Positions 1-12,180 of a stretch of 39,235 bases of DNA are shown in pieces. The translations under genes and the position numbers were made by a program. The DNA lies in the NCBI RefSeq assembly GCF_006345805.1, contig NW_021835561.1:1-39235 (forward strand), read 5' to 3'. Each line of letters opens with the position of its first letter. Positions within the stretch are counted from its first letter, which is position 1. The notes beneath the pieces were generated by a model. That model ran no database searches. It was not told where the DNA came from and saw only the letters and a list, made by a program, of their open reading frames with translations. Source of the DNA: Octopus sinensis (lineage: Eukaryota).

Positions 1-300
1 GTCATTCGCCACACACCCTAACTCTACGCCTACACACATGAACACACACATACACACACACACACTACAAACAAAACACACACACGATACATATACATAC
101 ACGCACACACACACACATACTTCAAACTAGCAGTACCTACTACTTGACCTGTGGTAGACAAAAGGAGCCACGCCCAATTCCTTCTTCTTAACACTACTAG
201 CCACAACCACACACACATACACACACACATGCACACACACACAGATTTGTCTTCATTGCACACATACACACATACACACACACGCACACGCATCCTCCGC
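1..300. repeat. Degenerate (CA)n-rich region (counterparts ~12190-13080 and ~26900-27990)
   Basis: Visible CA/CACATA repeats. Confidence 0.9.
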
Positions 301-645
301 ACACGCTCTTATCCACACTTACACACATATTCCTCCTCCTCAACCATTCTCCTGTCTTTGAAAGAACTTTTCTTCACCCATTTCCTTCTGGTCATTCAAA
401 ATCTGTGCGCGTGTGTTCCGTTGGCGATTGTTTTCCTCTGTCTTCCATCCTCTGGATCTTTCCTTCTCGTATGTTTTCGACGAAGAGCTCCACCCGAAAC
501 GTTAAACCCTCCTTCTTTCCTTCTTTCCTGAGCGTCCAATAAATACTATATTTGTTCCACGTCCTTGCGTTGTTATGTCTTTTTGTGCTTTCTTGTTTGG
601 ATTAAATTTAACTATATATATATACATGTGTGTAGATATATATAT

Positions 646-688
<43 letters not shown>

Positions 689-741
689 TTTATATTATAT
701 ATATGTAGAAATATGTGTGTGTATATATGTATGTGTGTGTA

Positions 742-1418
742 CTAGCAGACATACCCGGCATTGCTGGGGATTAAAACGAGAAAGTTGGTATATAATATAT
801 TCCAGTCATTTTGAAACAGGTGATATGGGAAAGTGCAACATTGACAACAAAACATTTGTAGAGTAAATGCTGGGCTAATTCAACTAAGCAACATGCTATG
901 CGTCAGTTTGGAGTGTTTCAGGCCCTAACCTGTCATGCTAAATTGGAGGTGTGGTTTCTGTGATTTTTGAACGCACCGAAAAGCTGTCAGTGGATATACT
1001 CTCCTTTGCAGCAGTGTGCGCTGTGTCTAACACGACCCATCATCGGAAATGTTGAGACTTCACGTCGGGTTTGTTGTCCTACATCACTTATAGAGTAAAT
1101 TTGGAGGAACTGTGGTTGTTCATTCGCGGGTACCAGAGAACCAATGAGGGGATAGACTTGCCCTTGAACTTTGACGTCGGCGTAAATTCATGTTTATCTA
1201 TCTTCTTAGATTCACCAAACGATGTCATTTGAAATGCAGAGTTGTATTCTCTGATATTGTTCAGAAAATCCTTTGACTGGATTGAAGCGCCTTCTAAAAG
1301 ATTCCTTAGGGGTTGAGATGGTAGTGTTGGCAATGATACCTGTCCGAATATGTTGTCATCTATTGCATTGTTTTAAGTTCTAAACGATAATAAATACTCT
1401 GAAATTCTATTTATATGA
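742..1418 (-). mobile_element. Non-autonomous Helitron with a Rep/helicase N-terminal fragment
   Basis: Minus-strand peptide FLNNIREYNSAFQMTSFG...FK..G...LV...N..PPNLL matches the Helitron Rep N-region from memory. The minus-strand 3' end is a GC hairpin (754-768) followed by CTAG|T at 745-741. The putative A|TC 5' end at 1418 is less certain. Confidence 0.75.
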
Positions 1419-1440
1419 TGCTATTTCTATTTTTTCACAG

Positions 1441-1480
1441 AACCGTTTCATCTCCAAGAAATCTCTCGACGATAAACCCG
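1441..1480 (+). pseudogene. Copy 1 exon 2, 3'-truncated (NRFISKKSLDDKP)
   Basis: tttcacag|AAC acceptor as in the other copies. After GATAAACCCG the sequence jumps to LINE-derived DNA and the GTAAG donor is missing. Confidence 0.8.
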
Positions 1481-2920
1481 AATCCTGCCTTTGGGTACTC
1501 GGCAGCCAACCAATTCAGTGCACGTTGTTGGTGACCATCAGACGAATTAGGTAGCAGCATGTCGTCTACAAATAACAGTCGACTGATCACGTAGAGATGA
1601 ATTGGGATACCTCTACCACAATGGCTGCGCTGTGGTTTACAGCGTATTCCCCTTGGAAATATTTCAATGTTTGCTGGAAGATCTGTCTTTGATCGTCTAA
1701 AAGGTCGGGTGTACTGTGTCCCGGACAGTAACCTTTAGCACGACAACTTCCCTACATATCGTTTCCTGAAATCTAGTTTAGACTTTTCTATAATTAGAAC
1801 ACACTCTTTGGTTTTGTTTGAAAAAATTGTTATTGTCACCACATATTACCATTGCCTTGGTGTTTTTCCAGAGGTCTCATCGACCTAGCGTACATGGGTT
1901 ACTCAGAGAATACAATCTGTATTTAAGGCTTCTAAAATATCAAGCCGAACCTGCTTTTCACAAGCAGTTTTATCACATTTAAGTGAGTTTAGCTCAAATA
2001 AGCGTTCAAACGAAGAAGAACCTGCCCAAAAAAATAATACAATCACAAATCCATTTCGATGTTCAACTTAATTCAGGAGGGTCACTCTCAATTTGGATGC
2101 AAAAGTCTCCACATTTTTGTTTCTGATCCCAGCATCCACGCCTTACCAATTTCCAGTGTTCGGCAGACTGTAGGAATTTTCAGGTTTTTGGACATTTAGG
2201 TAGTGACGAGTTGACAACTCCACCCCTCCTCTTACCCGAACGTTCAGCAAAGAGTGAAAGATGACCGAAATCTATCAAATACCTCTGTCACCAAGTATTT
2301 CTATACCAGGCACCCTTATAAATATCCCTGTCTTAAAATAATATCTTTACCATAGAGAGGAGAGTGTGTATCCTGCACAGAAGGTTGCTATGACCTGTCC
2401 ATTAAGTTCACTGACGACATTCCTTCCAATCAATCCTTCTCAAGTTTATCAGTGCCAAGGTGTGCACTGAAGTCTCCTTGCAGGACAAATGACTTTACCC
2501 CAAATATATCTAAAGCTGAGGTGAATTTGCTTAGGAAGGATTTGTATTTGACCTCGCTGTTTGCTGCATATACTAACAGCAGCCACAGTGGTCCTCCATA
2601 TTCAGCCTTAGCTTCAAGAGGTGAACCCTCACACCTAGTAGGTTTGACTCAATACTACAATCCGAAAGCTGGGGATTGGGAGTATCCTAATCCCACCTGT
2701 GCAGACATTGTTGGCACCACAGTTGTGTAGTGGAGTTTCAAGCCTATATCCAAGTGTACGCTATCGGAGAAACGAAATTTTATAGAGGAGACACCGATTA
2801 TATCTTACAGGCAGATTATATCTAACAATTTTGACGTTTTAATTCTCAATTATTAAAGGTTGTTTCCCTTCTTGATCTGCTTCGGTTTCCTGAGACCGTC
2901 AATTTTGTACTCCCACCCCA
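1481..2920 (-). mobile_element. Decayed RTE-clade (Expander-like) LINE, endonuclease plus partial RT, in intron 2 of copy 1
   Basis: Minus-strand translation gives AP-endonuclease-like IIGVSS...LVYAANSEV...FVLQGDFSAHLG...ELSTRH. Internal deletions relative to units 2 and 3. Confidence 0.65.
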
Positions 2921-3525
2921 CGCACCCCAGATTAAGTTACAGACTTCTTGCTGGTTGCACCAGTATTGGTTGGTGTGTGCTATACATTTATCGACCGGAC
3001 TCCTTTCCACGAGATCCGGATGCGATGTCTTTTAACTAAATCGACAAATGATTCGGTATGGTTGTTATTTTCATAGTGTAGTTATGATGGCCATATTTGC
3101 GCCGAGCTCCAAACTGATATTTGTAATTGACCGATGAATATTCGCAACTGGCGAATATTCTATCGTTATTCTATTGAGTTTTATCATTATTCTATTGAGA
3201 AGTATATATACTCATACCCAAGTTTACGTATCATACATACATTCGTTCATTGCGGAGACCGATACACATTCTGATATCCTGAGATTAATCTCTCAAATCT
3301 TTGACATCAACGTCACCAACAGGCTCAACAGACAAATGTCTTTTTTCTTTCTTTACAATTTATTCTTATTATTTACATCTTTCGTTCTGACTTTCATTCA
3401 CTCGTTCTTTCTTAAATTCTATATTTCTCTCTTCTCCATCAATTCCTTCCCATCCAACAATCTACTTTGTAAATGATCCCCCAATTCTTTCTTTTAAACT
3501 ACATTATTTCATTTTAATATCACAG

Positions 3526-3600
3526 AACCTGGTCTCGGATCATTGTATACCCGGTGGGGCTGAACAACTTGTCCTCCTTATTCAAACCTTGTATATGACG
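3526..3600 (+). pseudogene. Copy 1 exon 3 (PGLGSLYTRWG*TTCPPYSNLVYD) with nonsense codon
   Basis: cacag|AA acceptor, G|gttagt donor, 75 nt, phase 1-1. TGA at 3561-3563 where copy 3 has AGA (Arg). Confidence 0.85.
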
Positions 3601-5824
3601 GTTAGTATACTTTATATTTCCGACCCCTCATTCTCTTTTGTTTTTCTCTTGTTCTCTTTTTATACCTCTCATTCTCTCTTTTTGTTGCCTCTCTTTCACT
3701 CTCACCCTCTCTCTCACGCACACGCACACACACTTACCCTTTGTCGGGTTGTCTGACATAAACATTCTCAAATCCTTTTATGATATGTCACGTTTCAAAC
3801 GCCTATACCTGTAGACTATACAGACACTACACAAGACTGCTTAACCTTTGTAGGTATTTGGTCAAATCAGAATATTATATGTTGTCTACTACGGACCAAG
3901 TGAAAAGGATGTTGTCTAACCACAGAATATAGATATCTCTACGATAAATTACAGATAGGGGCTGGACTAAAAAAACCACCATGGCGATCAAGAATATCAG
4001 GCTGACCAGCTTTGGATTGTAGATATCAAATACCGAGGCTGCTAACTGGTGATCAATTGTACTGGCTACGGATGGTGGTATTGTACGTGAGTGACCAGAG
4101 CTGAAAAGAGGCCACTTGACTATCATTAACTAGAGTGCCCAATGATCGTAGGTGTGGGCTAAATTGAATAGAGTCTATTAGAATTGATGACAGTGACTGT
4201 AAATTATTAATGAAATGAACGTACAATGTAGAATGAGGACTGGACAAGCCACATGCTGTAACTGATGGAAAAAGCTAAGGACTTTATTCATTAAGTAAAA
4301 TATAGAGAGACTAAATATTAGTGAGAGAACACAACAGAGTACAGAATGCACTTCTCTTCTTCTCCGCCTCACCGAAATCGTCCTATCGCTAAAACCTTGA
4401 TCTTTTCATGCACCACATCACCTCATTAATTATCCAGTATATATTTGTAAGGTAATTACGACACTTCCAATTCAAAACTGCTGCTAGAAACTGCGTCCCC
4501 AATCAAACTTTCATTCCTTTAAAATACTCTGAATCTGCTCTTTATAAACCCTACACGTATAATTTATCGGTCGCCGACTCCATCACCAAAAATATCCCCG
4601 TTCACTCGTGAACACCTTTTCTACTTCGGGTAAACACGAGTATATGCGTTACCGAATTCCTTTCTTTTTCTCCTTCTTTATTTACATTCACGCAAAAACA
4701 CTTCCCCATGCAAACCTACATAATAATCCACATCGTAGCCCCAAATACTTACCCGTATACACACAACATATATATACATATACCTACATATATATTATAT
4801 ATATAATATATATTAATATATATTATATATATTATATATTATAATATATATATATATATATAATATATAATATATATATATTGATTCAGATGAATATGTT
4901 ACTTAAGTTGAGGCTCCAGAATTTAGTACGGCATTATCCATACAATTTCAAAGTATGGTGATTAAAATTAAAATAAGCAACGATGATATCCAGAGATAAT
5001 GCAGTACGTTCGTTTCATGCAACTCCATTTAATTCAACAATGCAATCATTACATCAGTTTAAAATTTAGAGCAAATTTCAGCTGCAAAATACTTAGGATT
5101 TAATTAAATTACAACAGATGGACACATTTGTATAATTATACTTAAAATCTCCAAGATATTACATAGAACATGTCTCTATTTCAGCATAGCAGTTACTAAA
5201 ATTATCAAGAAGACTCAGCTTACCACTCACTTTTTGTCTTTATGGGGTCAGTTTTTTAATTTATAGACTAATTACAAATCCTTTGTATATCTAAGCCTGA
5301 GAGAACATAGGGAAGTATCTTTAGGGGAGGGCTTAGGGAGTAGATAGACATTCTAGTTGGTATAGTCATAAAAAATCAAGAGAATTATTATAGCAATACC
5401 ATGAGGTTTAGTAAGGGAAAACTTAAAACAAGGTGTTAGCTGATAATTAAGGGGGTCGCACACTGGCAGACTATTGACAATGAAACGGAAGGTCTTATCA
5501 TATATTATAGTTAAATATTTTAAACAATGTTGCTATGAATACAGTTGATGTTTAAGGTTTTCCAAAGGATTATTAAGAAAAATATTATAACAAAAGGATA
5601 GAAATTGTTCAACATGTTCTTTGTGTATCTCCTTAACTTCTTGGAAATTTTAGGTATAATTATACTAATGTGTCAATCTGTTTTAATTTAATTAAATCCT
5701 ATGTATTGGTGCAACTGAAAATTGCTCTATATTTTAAATTGATGTAATGATTGTATTGTTCAATTAAATGGAGTTGCATGAAACAATCGTACTGCATTAT
5801 CTCTGGAAATCCTTGTTGCTTACT

Positions 5825-5879
<55 letters not shown>

Positions 5880-6088
5880 GAAGAGAATGCTAATGCACAG
5901 CTATGATCTAATGCATACAGCAACACTGCTTACACTCACATAAACACTATCATATATACACCAAAATTCGACCACACGTTACTAAACATGACTTCCTTTC
6001 GGTCTCAAATTGTAATGAATGTTTCCGTTATTTCATATATAATTTTGCTTAATATCTTTTTTACTTGATTTATTCTTACCAATTCTAG

Positions 6089-6587
6089 GTGTGGCTGGTG
6101 GACAGCATTATTCCCATACTGGTGGGGAAGTAATCTCTTATGTCTGCCTAATGATCCCATTTGGGCAAATTATACTACAGAAGTTGAAAAATGTGATTAC
6201 ATTTATGGCAGTGAATATCAATTAGATTTATACCCAACGAATAAACTCTTTTCATTTGCTAACGCCGAATCAATTTTTGAACACAACGTTCCGTGCGCTG
6301 TCTGTTTGACACGACAACCTGCTGTTGTAATGATGTTACCAGCCAGGACACAGTGTTACCCTGGTTGGACAGCTGAGTATTCAGGATATTTGATGACCGA
6401 GCGTTATGATCATAAGGGCAGACATGAACATGTGTGTGTGGACTATGCACCAGAAGCTGATCCAGCAGGTTACAGGAACGAAAACGGAGCTCTACTGTAT
6501 TTCGTTCAGGCTGCTTGTGGTTCATTGCCATGTCCACCGTATGTCAATGGTCGAGAATTAACCTGCGTTGTGTGCAGTAAATACTGA
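6089..6587 (+). pseudogene. Copy 1 exon 4, Cys-rich domain, frameshifted
   Basis: ttctag|GT acceptor. 499 nt versus 500 nt in copy 2. The downstream frame (ORF 6306-6587) encodes PARTQCYPGW...CGSLPCPPY...CVVCSKY. Confidence 0.85.
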
Positions 6588-6637
6588 ATCGAATTTACAT
6601 TCGTTTCTATATGAAAATTTATGTCGGCGAATCATAA

Positions 6638-6653
6638 AATAAAATATAATAAA
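6638..6653 (+). terminator. Candidate polyadenylation signals of copy 1
   Basis: AATAAA at 6638 and 6648, about 50-60 nt after the stop. AT-rich context lowers specificity. Confidence 0.35.
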
Positions 6654-8264
6654 GCAATATATACGTTTCTTGTAATTGTGTTACGCAATATTTTATCCGA
6701 CTAATATATGTCGTTAAATAAATTGCTGCTACAAGTTTTCAGAAAATATTCAAAACGAAACAACAGAGACGTCATAGAATGTGACAAATAGCTTAACAGA
6801 ACGATGTAATCCTCAGGGAATGATTCTAGAATACATTGTATGAGGTTCAATTTATCAAATTTAAATGTTGAAATAAAATGATTATTCGTTTAAATGTGTG
6901 TTGTATTCCGTCTTAAAATGAAAACAATCCCAAAATGAAACACCTCCGTACAAATATATCACTCTTTCATGATCAATCTTCAGAAAACACGATAAAAGCT
7001 TATAACTAACATCACTAAATCATGATGGTTAAAAAAAAAATACTCCCATACGTATCATTGTAACTACCATCGATGCGATGAAAGCTCTGCAATCCAATCA
7101 CGGATATTACCTAATAAAGGATATTTGATATCCACTGAAGAAATACCACAAAATGTTGACTACCTAACTACTTGTCAGGTTACTAACACATTGAAGCTTT
7201 CACGAAACACTTTCGACAAGGGTACAAGTACACGTCCCACGATGAACTATTTTCAACCTACATTCACATATTCCCGCTTTTCTACAAAAATCACACACAC
7301 ACAGCCTCGCATCACATTACACACGCAGCCTCTCATCGTTCCCTGAAATCTTATGTGCCAAAATAAAATATGAAACCACCAAGAAATATGAGTAGACTTC
7401 AGGAACAGCATCAACCGAATCTACAGCAACACCACAAAACATCAAGTTCAACAAATTATCTCCGTCTGTAATATAAAACTATCAAACTCGCAGAAGAGGA
7501 ACTTGCTTCGAGATACATGCATACAATAACTGTAACACACATAAACGACTTAGTAAGGGAAGGAACACCACTTATAAAATATACATTAGGTGGAATCAGT
7601 GCAACATGTTGAGTCTTTCACACTCTACCCAGCATGATTGCTCCTTGTATGTGGGAGTTTGTAGAATGGCTGCCACATAAACGAAGGTATCCGTGGAAAG
7701 AGGGATCTGTGGGTGGCAGCACGTTTTTTGTCCGATTAATTGCGTGCCATAAGAATGCTCGATTGTGAAAAAGCTAGAGAAAAAAGAATATAATTAAGTA
7801 ATATGAAAGCACAAAATGCCCAACTGACAAATGAATATATGGAAACATTCAACATGGCGTTTCCAGTGAACAGTATTAGCGTCAGTATTAGGCATAAGCA
7901 ATTTTTAGGTTCGTTAAAATGTGCTAATGGCATATTTCAAACTCTAAACGCAAATTCTGTGCAAAAAGCTGCAAAAACAGCATATCAGTCCAGTGCTGCT
8001 CCCTATCGGGTTCCAGTACAGTCGTTATCAAAAGAAAATACCGAAGAAGGGAATATCTGGACAAACTTAAAGCCATAGCTTTAACTTAAACATAGTCAAC
8101 AACAACGAGTAAGTGACGCCATTAGAGCGCCAGGCTGGAGTCTGTCGTGAGTTACCTCCCTTCGGTATTTCTCTTTCATAAATTCTTCGCTAGAGAAGTT
8201 GACTTCAACCTTGTGCTCCAATAGTAACTGCGGTCGCTCGTACGTGCCCGCATTTTCCGCATAT

Positions 8265-8492
8265 TTGTGTGTGTGTGTGTGAGTGTGTGAGTGTGTGAGT
8301 GTGTGTGTCAGTTTGTGTGAGTGTCAGTGTCTCTGGGTGTGTATCTGTGTGTGTGTCTGTGTGTATGTGTTTGTATGTGTGTGTCAGTGTGTGTGAGCCA
8401 TTGTGTGAGTGTTTGTGTGTGTGTGTCAGTGTGTGTGTAAGTGTGTCAGTGTGTGATTGTGTCATTGTGTGTGTTTGTGTGTGTGTATGTCA

Positions 8493-8524
<32 letters not shown>

Positions 8525-8640
8525 ATGTCAGTGTGCGTGTGTGTGTGTGTCAGTGTGTATGTGTGTGTATATCAGTGTGTGTGTATTTGTGAGTCTCTAT
8601 GAGAGTGTGTGCGTGTGTATGTGTGTCAGTGTATTTGTCG
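8265..8640. repeat. Degenerate (TG)n tract at the unit 1/2 boundary
   Basis: TG repeat with TCAG interruptions. Confidence 0.95.
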
Positions 8641-9050
8641 GTTGAACGAAATACTTCCCACAATGAATATTAAAACATTTTCCCAATAATTACAAATAAA
8701 ATTAAATAACAACATTAGTAAATAAATATATCATAATATATCCAGAAACAGGAATCATTTCACTTTACACGTGTCTCTCATTCATCAACATATTTTGCTA
8801 ATTATTGTGTGACAATATCAAACCATCTCTTTCCAATAATTAAACCTGTCAGACAAGTTCACGCCCGCTTTTACAGTTCCACCAATCGCATTGGTTCATA
8901 AATTTACGATAAGATCTATGCCAGAGCTGGGTCGTTGTGCGCTCAATAAATACGTGGAATTCAGTTACAGGTCTTCAGCTTAAACCTCGCATCTCGATCT
9001 TTTGTTGAAGCCACACGAAGTATCACGTACGACCGACAACTGTCACCAGA

Positions 9051-9194
9051 ATGGATTTCGCACAACTGTCCAGGAATATTTCGCAGCGTTATTCCATTTC
9101 TTCTCTCATAGCTTTTGGGGTTCTTCTCGTTCTGACGATCGTGATTCTTCATCAAGATTCAAGAATAGGAAAAATGGAAGAGGAATCGAAAACG
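9051..9194 (+). CDS. Copy 2 exon 1: MDFAQLSRNISQRYSISSLIAFGVLLVLTIVILHQDSRIGKMEEESKT (signal anchor/TM)
   Basis: ATG at 9051, 48 codons, ACG|gtaagt donor. Hydrophobic stretch SLIAFGVLLVLTIVIL. Near-identical copy at 24455. Its link to exon 2 is inferred from phase and repeat-unit position. Confidence 0.75.
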
Positions 9195-9632
9195 GTAAGT
9201 CATGGATTTTGTGTTAATATATGCATGTATGTCTTTATGTATTTATATATGCATGTATGTATGTATGCATTTACGTATGTATGTATTAATATGTGGATGT
9301 ATGTACGTACCGATGGATGGATGGATGTAAGGATGTATGCATGAATCACTTACATATGTTCCTATGGAGCACACACACACACACATAAGATCACACACGT
9401 AATCACACACGAACACACAGGCGCACACACTTAAACATACATATATATACATATACATATATTTGTATATATAATATACATATATATGTATATATAAATA
9501 TTCATATATATGAATATATTAGTGCGTGAACATATATAGATATATATATATACAAACAAATATATGCGTGTGTGTATCTATCACTGTATCTCTCTGTCTA
9601 TCCCTCTCTCTCTCTATTTATCTATATATATA

Positions 9633-9675
<43 letters not shown>

Positions 9676-9696
9676 TGTGTTTGCATATAAATATAT

Positions 9697-9945
9697 TCTT
9701 TTACCCGTTTCAGTCATTTGACTGCGGCCATGCTAGAGCACTGCGTTTAGTAGGACAAATCGACTTCAGGAATTATTCTTTGTAAGCCGAGTGCTCATTC
9801 TATCGGTATCTGTAGCCGAACCGCTATGTAACGGGGACGTAAACACACCGACATCACTTGAGAAGCGATTGTGGTGCGACAATCACAGACACATACATAA
9901 TACATAGATACATACATACACACACATCTGAGTGTGTGTGTTTGT

Positions 9946-9997
<52 letters not shown>

Positions 9998-10040
9998 GCA
10001 TCCTTCTTTCAGTCTCAATCTACCAAATTTACTGACATGG
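9697..10040 (-). mobile_element. Older Octopus-type SINE (3' and middle part), antisense
   Basis: cagtcatttgactgcggccatgct...acggggacgtaaacacacc is the reverse complement of the SINE at 10190-10600. Confidence 0.75.
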
Positions 10041-10130
10041 CGGTGCGACAATAACAGACAAGTACATTAAACATAGATACATACACACTATGTGTGCTAT
10101 ACATCTATATATACATCTATATATACATCT

Positions 10131-10164
<34 letters not shown>

Positions 10165-10189
10165 ATATATATATATATATATACATATA

Positions 10190-10600
10190 GGCGCAGGAGT
10201 GAGTGTGTGGTAAGTAGCTTCCTAACCAACCACATGGTTCTGGGTTCAGTCCCACTGCATCTTGGGCAAGTGTCTTCTGCTATATCCCCGGGCCGACCAA
10301 TGCCTGGTGAGTGGATTTGGTAGACCGAAACTGACAGAAGCCTGTCGTATATATGTATATATATATGTGTGTGCGTGTATGTGTGTGTGTTTGTGTGTCT
10401 GTGTTTGTCCCCCTAGCATTGCTTGACAATTGATGCTGGTGTGTTTACGTCCCCGTCACTTAGCGGTTCGGCAAAAGAGACTGATAGAATAAGTACTGGG
10501 CTTACAAAGAATAAGTCACGGGGTCGATTTGCTCGACTAAAGGCGGTGCTCCAGCATGGCCGCAGTCAAATTACTGAAACAAGGGAGAGTAAAAGAGAGA
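10190..10600 (+). mobile_element. Full-length Octopus-type tRNA-derived SINE
   Basis: ggcgcaggagt...tggtaag A-box-like and gggttcagtccc B-box-like head, internal TA/TG tract, tail ...actgaaacaag...gtaaaagag. Absent at the equivalent site in unit 3. Confidence 0.85.
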
Positions 10601-10654
10601 GTAATAAGTATATCATATATACATACACACATATATAGTTACGTATGTATGTAC

Positions 10655-10723
10655 ATACATATCTATCTATCAATCTATTTATCTACATATCTATCTATAT
10701 ATCTATCTATCTATCTATCTATG

Positions 10724-10766
<43 letters not shown>

Positions 10767-10767
10767 G

Positions 10768-10810
<43 letters not shown>

Positions 10811-10843
10811 GTATCTATCTATCTATCTATATATCTATCTATG

Positions 10844-10874
<31 letters not shown>

Positions 10875-10875
10875 G

Positions 10876-10925
<50 letters not shown>

Positions 10926-10940
10926 CCTATCTATCTATAT
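10655..10940. repeat. (TATC)n tetranucleotide microsatellite
   Basis: Long near-perfect TATC run, much shorter in unit 3 (~25675-25750). Confidence 0.95.
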
Positions 10941-11686
10941 ATATATATATATATGGATATATATATATATATATACTTATATATATATATACACACATCC
11001 CAAGGAAACACAAAGAAGGGTGGAATTGTACTCCTGTCCGATCGCTCTTTCACCAGACATAATCCTGGAGATGGAAATAAGTGCGTAATGAAAAAAATCT
11101 AATGGTGGGGTTCTAGCATGGCCATGCCCTGTCGCTGCAACGTTTAGCCCTATTAATATTAGTGTTAAGTATTATATCTAGATGTACACTTGCACACACG
11201 CACAGAAACAGACACATACAAACACACACACACACGCACACATAGGAATACGTACATATTTACACACATTTATCTATTTCTCTCCATCGGGAACGGAAGT
11301 GAGGCGAGTTTTTTTTAATCTTTTCTTTCCAACTGAAAATAAAACTTGCGAGTGCCAATGTAGATCGGTGAATTTCGTAATGTTTGACTGTAATTCACGT
11401 TGGTTTTTATATATGACAATATGTAAGAACGAATGTAAATACATACACACAGACACACGGACAAACACACGCACAAATAAACACAAACACACACACACAT
11501 ACGCACACACACAGACACCCGTGCTCAATTGTACACGAACAATCACACTATACAGTGTATGTCCACTCACATATATGTGTGCGTTTGTGTGTGTATGCGT
11601 ATAAGTAGATACGTATATTTGTGATATTTATTGTGTGTATGCCTAAGTATACGTGCATACCTATATATTGATATGTATTTATATAT

Positions 11687-11722
<36 letters not shown>

Positions 11723-11914
11723 GGGCGTTATGGGCGTGCGTGTGCTTGTGTGCGCTTAAGCACGTGTATGTGCGTGTGAGTCTGTGCCCATGTGTATATA
11801 AGTGTGTGCGTATCTGTATGAGTATTGTGGGCATCTGTTCTGGCTTGTGTGTATGTACGTGTGTATGTGTGTGTATGTGTGTGTGCGAATGATACATATA
11901 TCTCCGTGATCACC

Positions 11915-12180
11915 GTTGCAGATATGTTGCTACATATCGCTGGTCACAATGCGCTTCGCATTGTTTTAGCCTTCAAATGACGCAACCCCGCTGGCTAAGC
12001 GAGCAGGCCAACAGAAGAAAGGGAGAAATTTGTAGCGAAAGAGTACAGCAGAGATCACAACAACCCTCTCCCTGAGCCTCGTGGAGCTTTAAACACACAC
12101 AACCCCCAGTCTGGGAATCGAAACCGCGATCCTACAAGCGTTGGTCCGCAGCCCTCACCACGGGGCCACTGCGCCTCCAC
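11915..12180 (-). mobile_element. Second tRNA-derived SINE family, antisense (inside a local inversion)
   Basis: Reverse complement of 26606-26870, with a tRNA-like head at the 12180 end. Confidence 0.8.

Larger units (their letters stand above)
1441..6587 (+). pseudogene. Copy 1 (exons 2-4; exon 1 lies left of the window) of SSCC/short-chain collagen C4-like NC1-domain gene, disabled
   Basis: Exons homologous to copies 2 and 3. Exon 2 donor is deleted, there is an in-frame TGA at 3561-3563, and a 1-nt deletion near 6125 (ggtggggaagt vs ggtggcggaagt/ggtggtggaagt). Confidence 0.85.

Noticed and set aside
3561-3563. Copy 1 TGA could also be edited to UGG
   Set aside because: The paralog residue is Arg/Ile, not Trp, and copy 1 has an additional frameshift and a lost donor, so editing would not rescue it.
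6306-6587. 93-aa ORFs at 6306, 19423 and 34606 as stand-alone genes
   Set aside because: They start at a TTG that is an internal Leu codon of exon 4; they are the 3' halves of interrupted exons.
7100-7620. Weak resemblance to a decayed LINE C-terminal region in the unit 1 spacer
   Set aside because: Motif similarity is too faint to support by eye; needs a repeat-library search.
8944-8970. TATA-like aataaata and Inr-like TCAGTT upstream of exon 1 (also 24350-24370)
   Set aside because: Spacing is too short for TATA-Inr, and tacag|g could equally be a splice acceptor. No TSS evidence.
11116-11127. Perfect 12-bp palindrome gcatggccatgc conserved at 26004-26015
   Set aside because: A single short palindrome in recently duplicated DNA, resembling a SINE sub-sequence. 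No evidence of function.
11364-11378. Possible 15-nt phase 0-0 micro-exon (TGC CAA TGT AGA TCG, CQCRS) near 11352-11366, within the ENKTCECQCRS reading of ORF 11182-11604; also at ~26240
   Set aside because: The acceptor would be a purine-rich GAG and the donor differs between copies (gtgaat/gtggat). Conservation is no higher than the surrounding intron. Only junction reads could support it.
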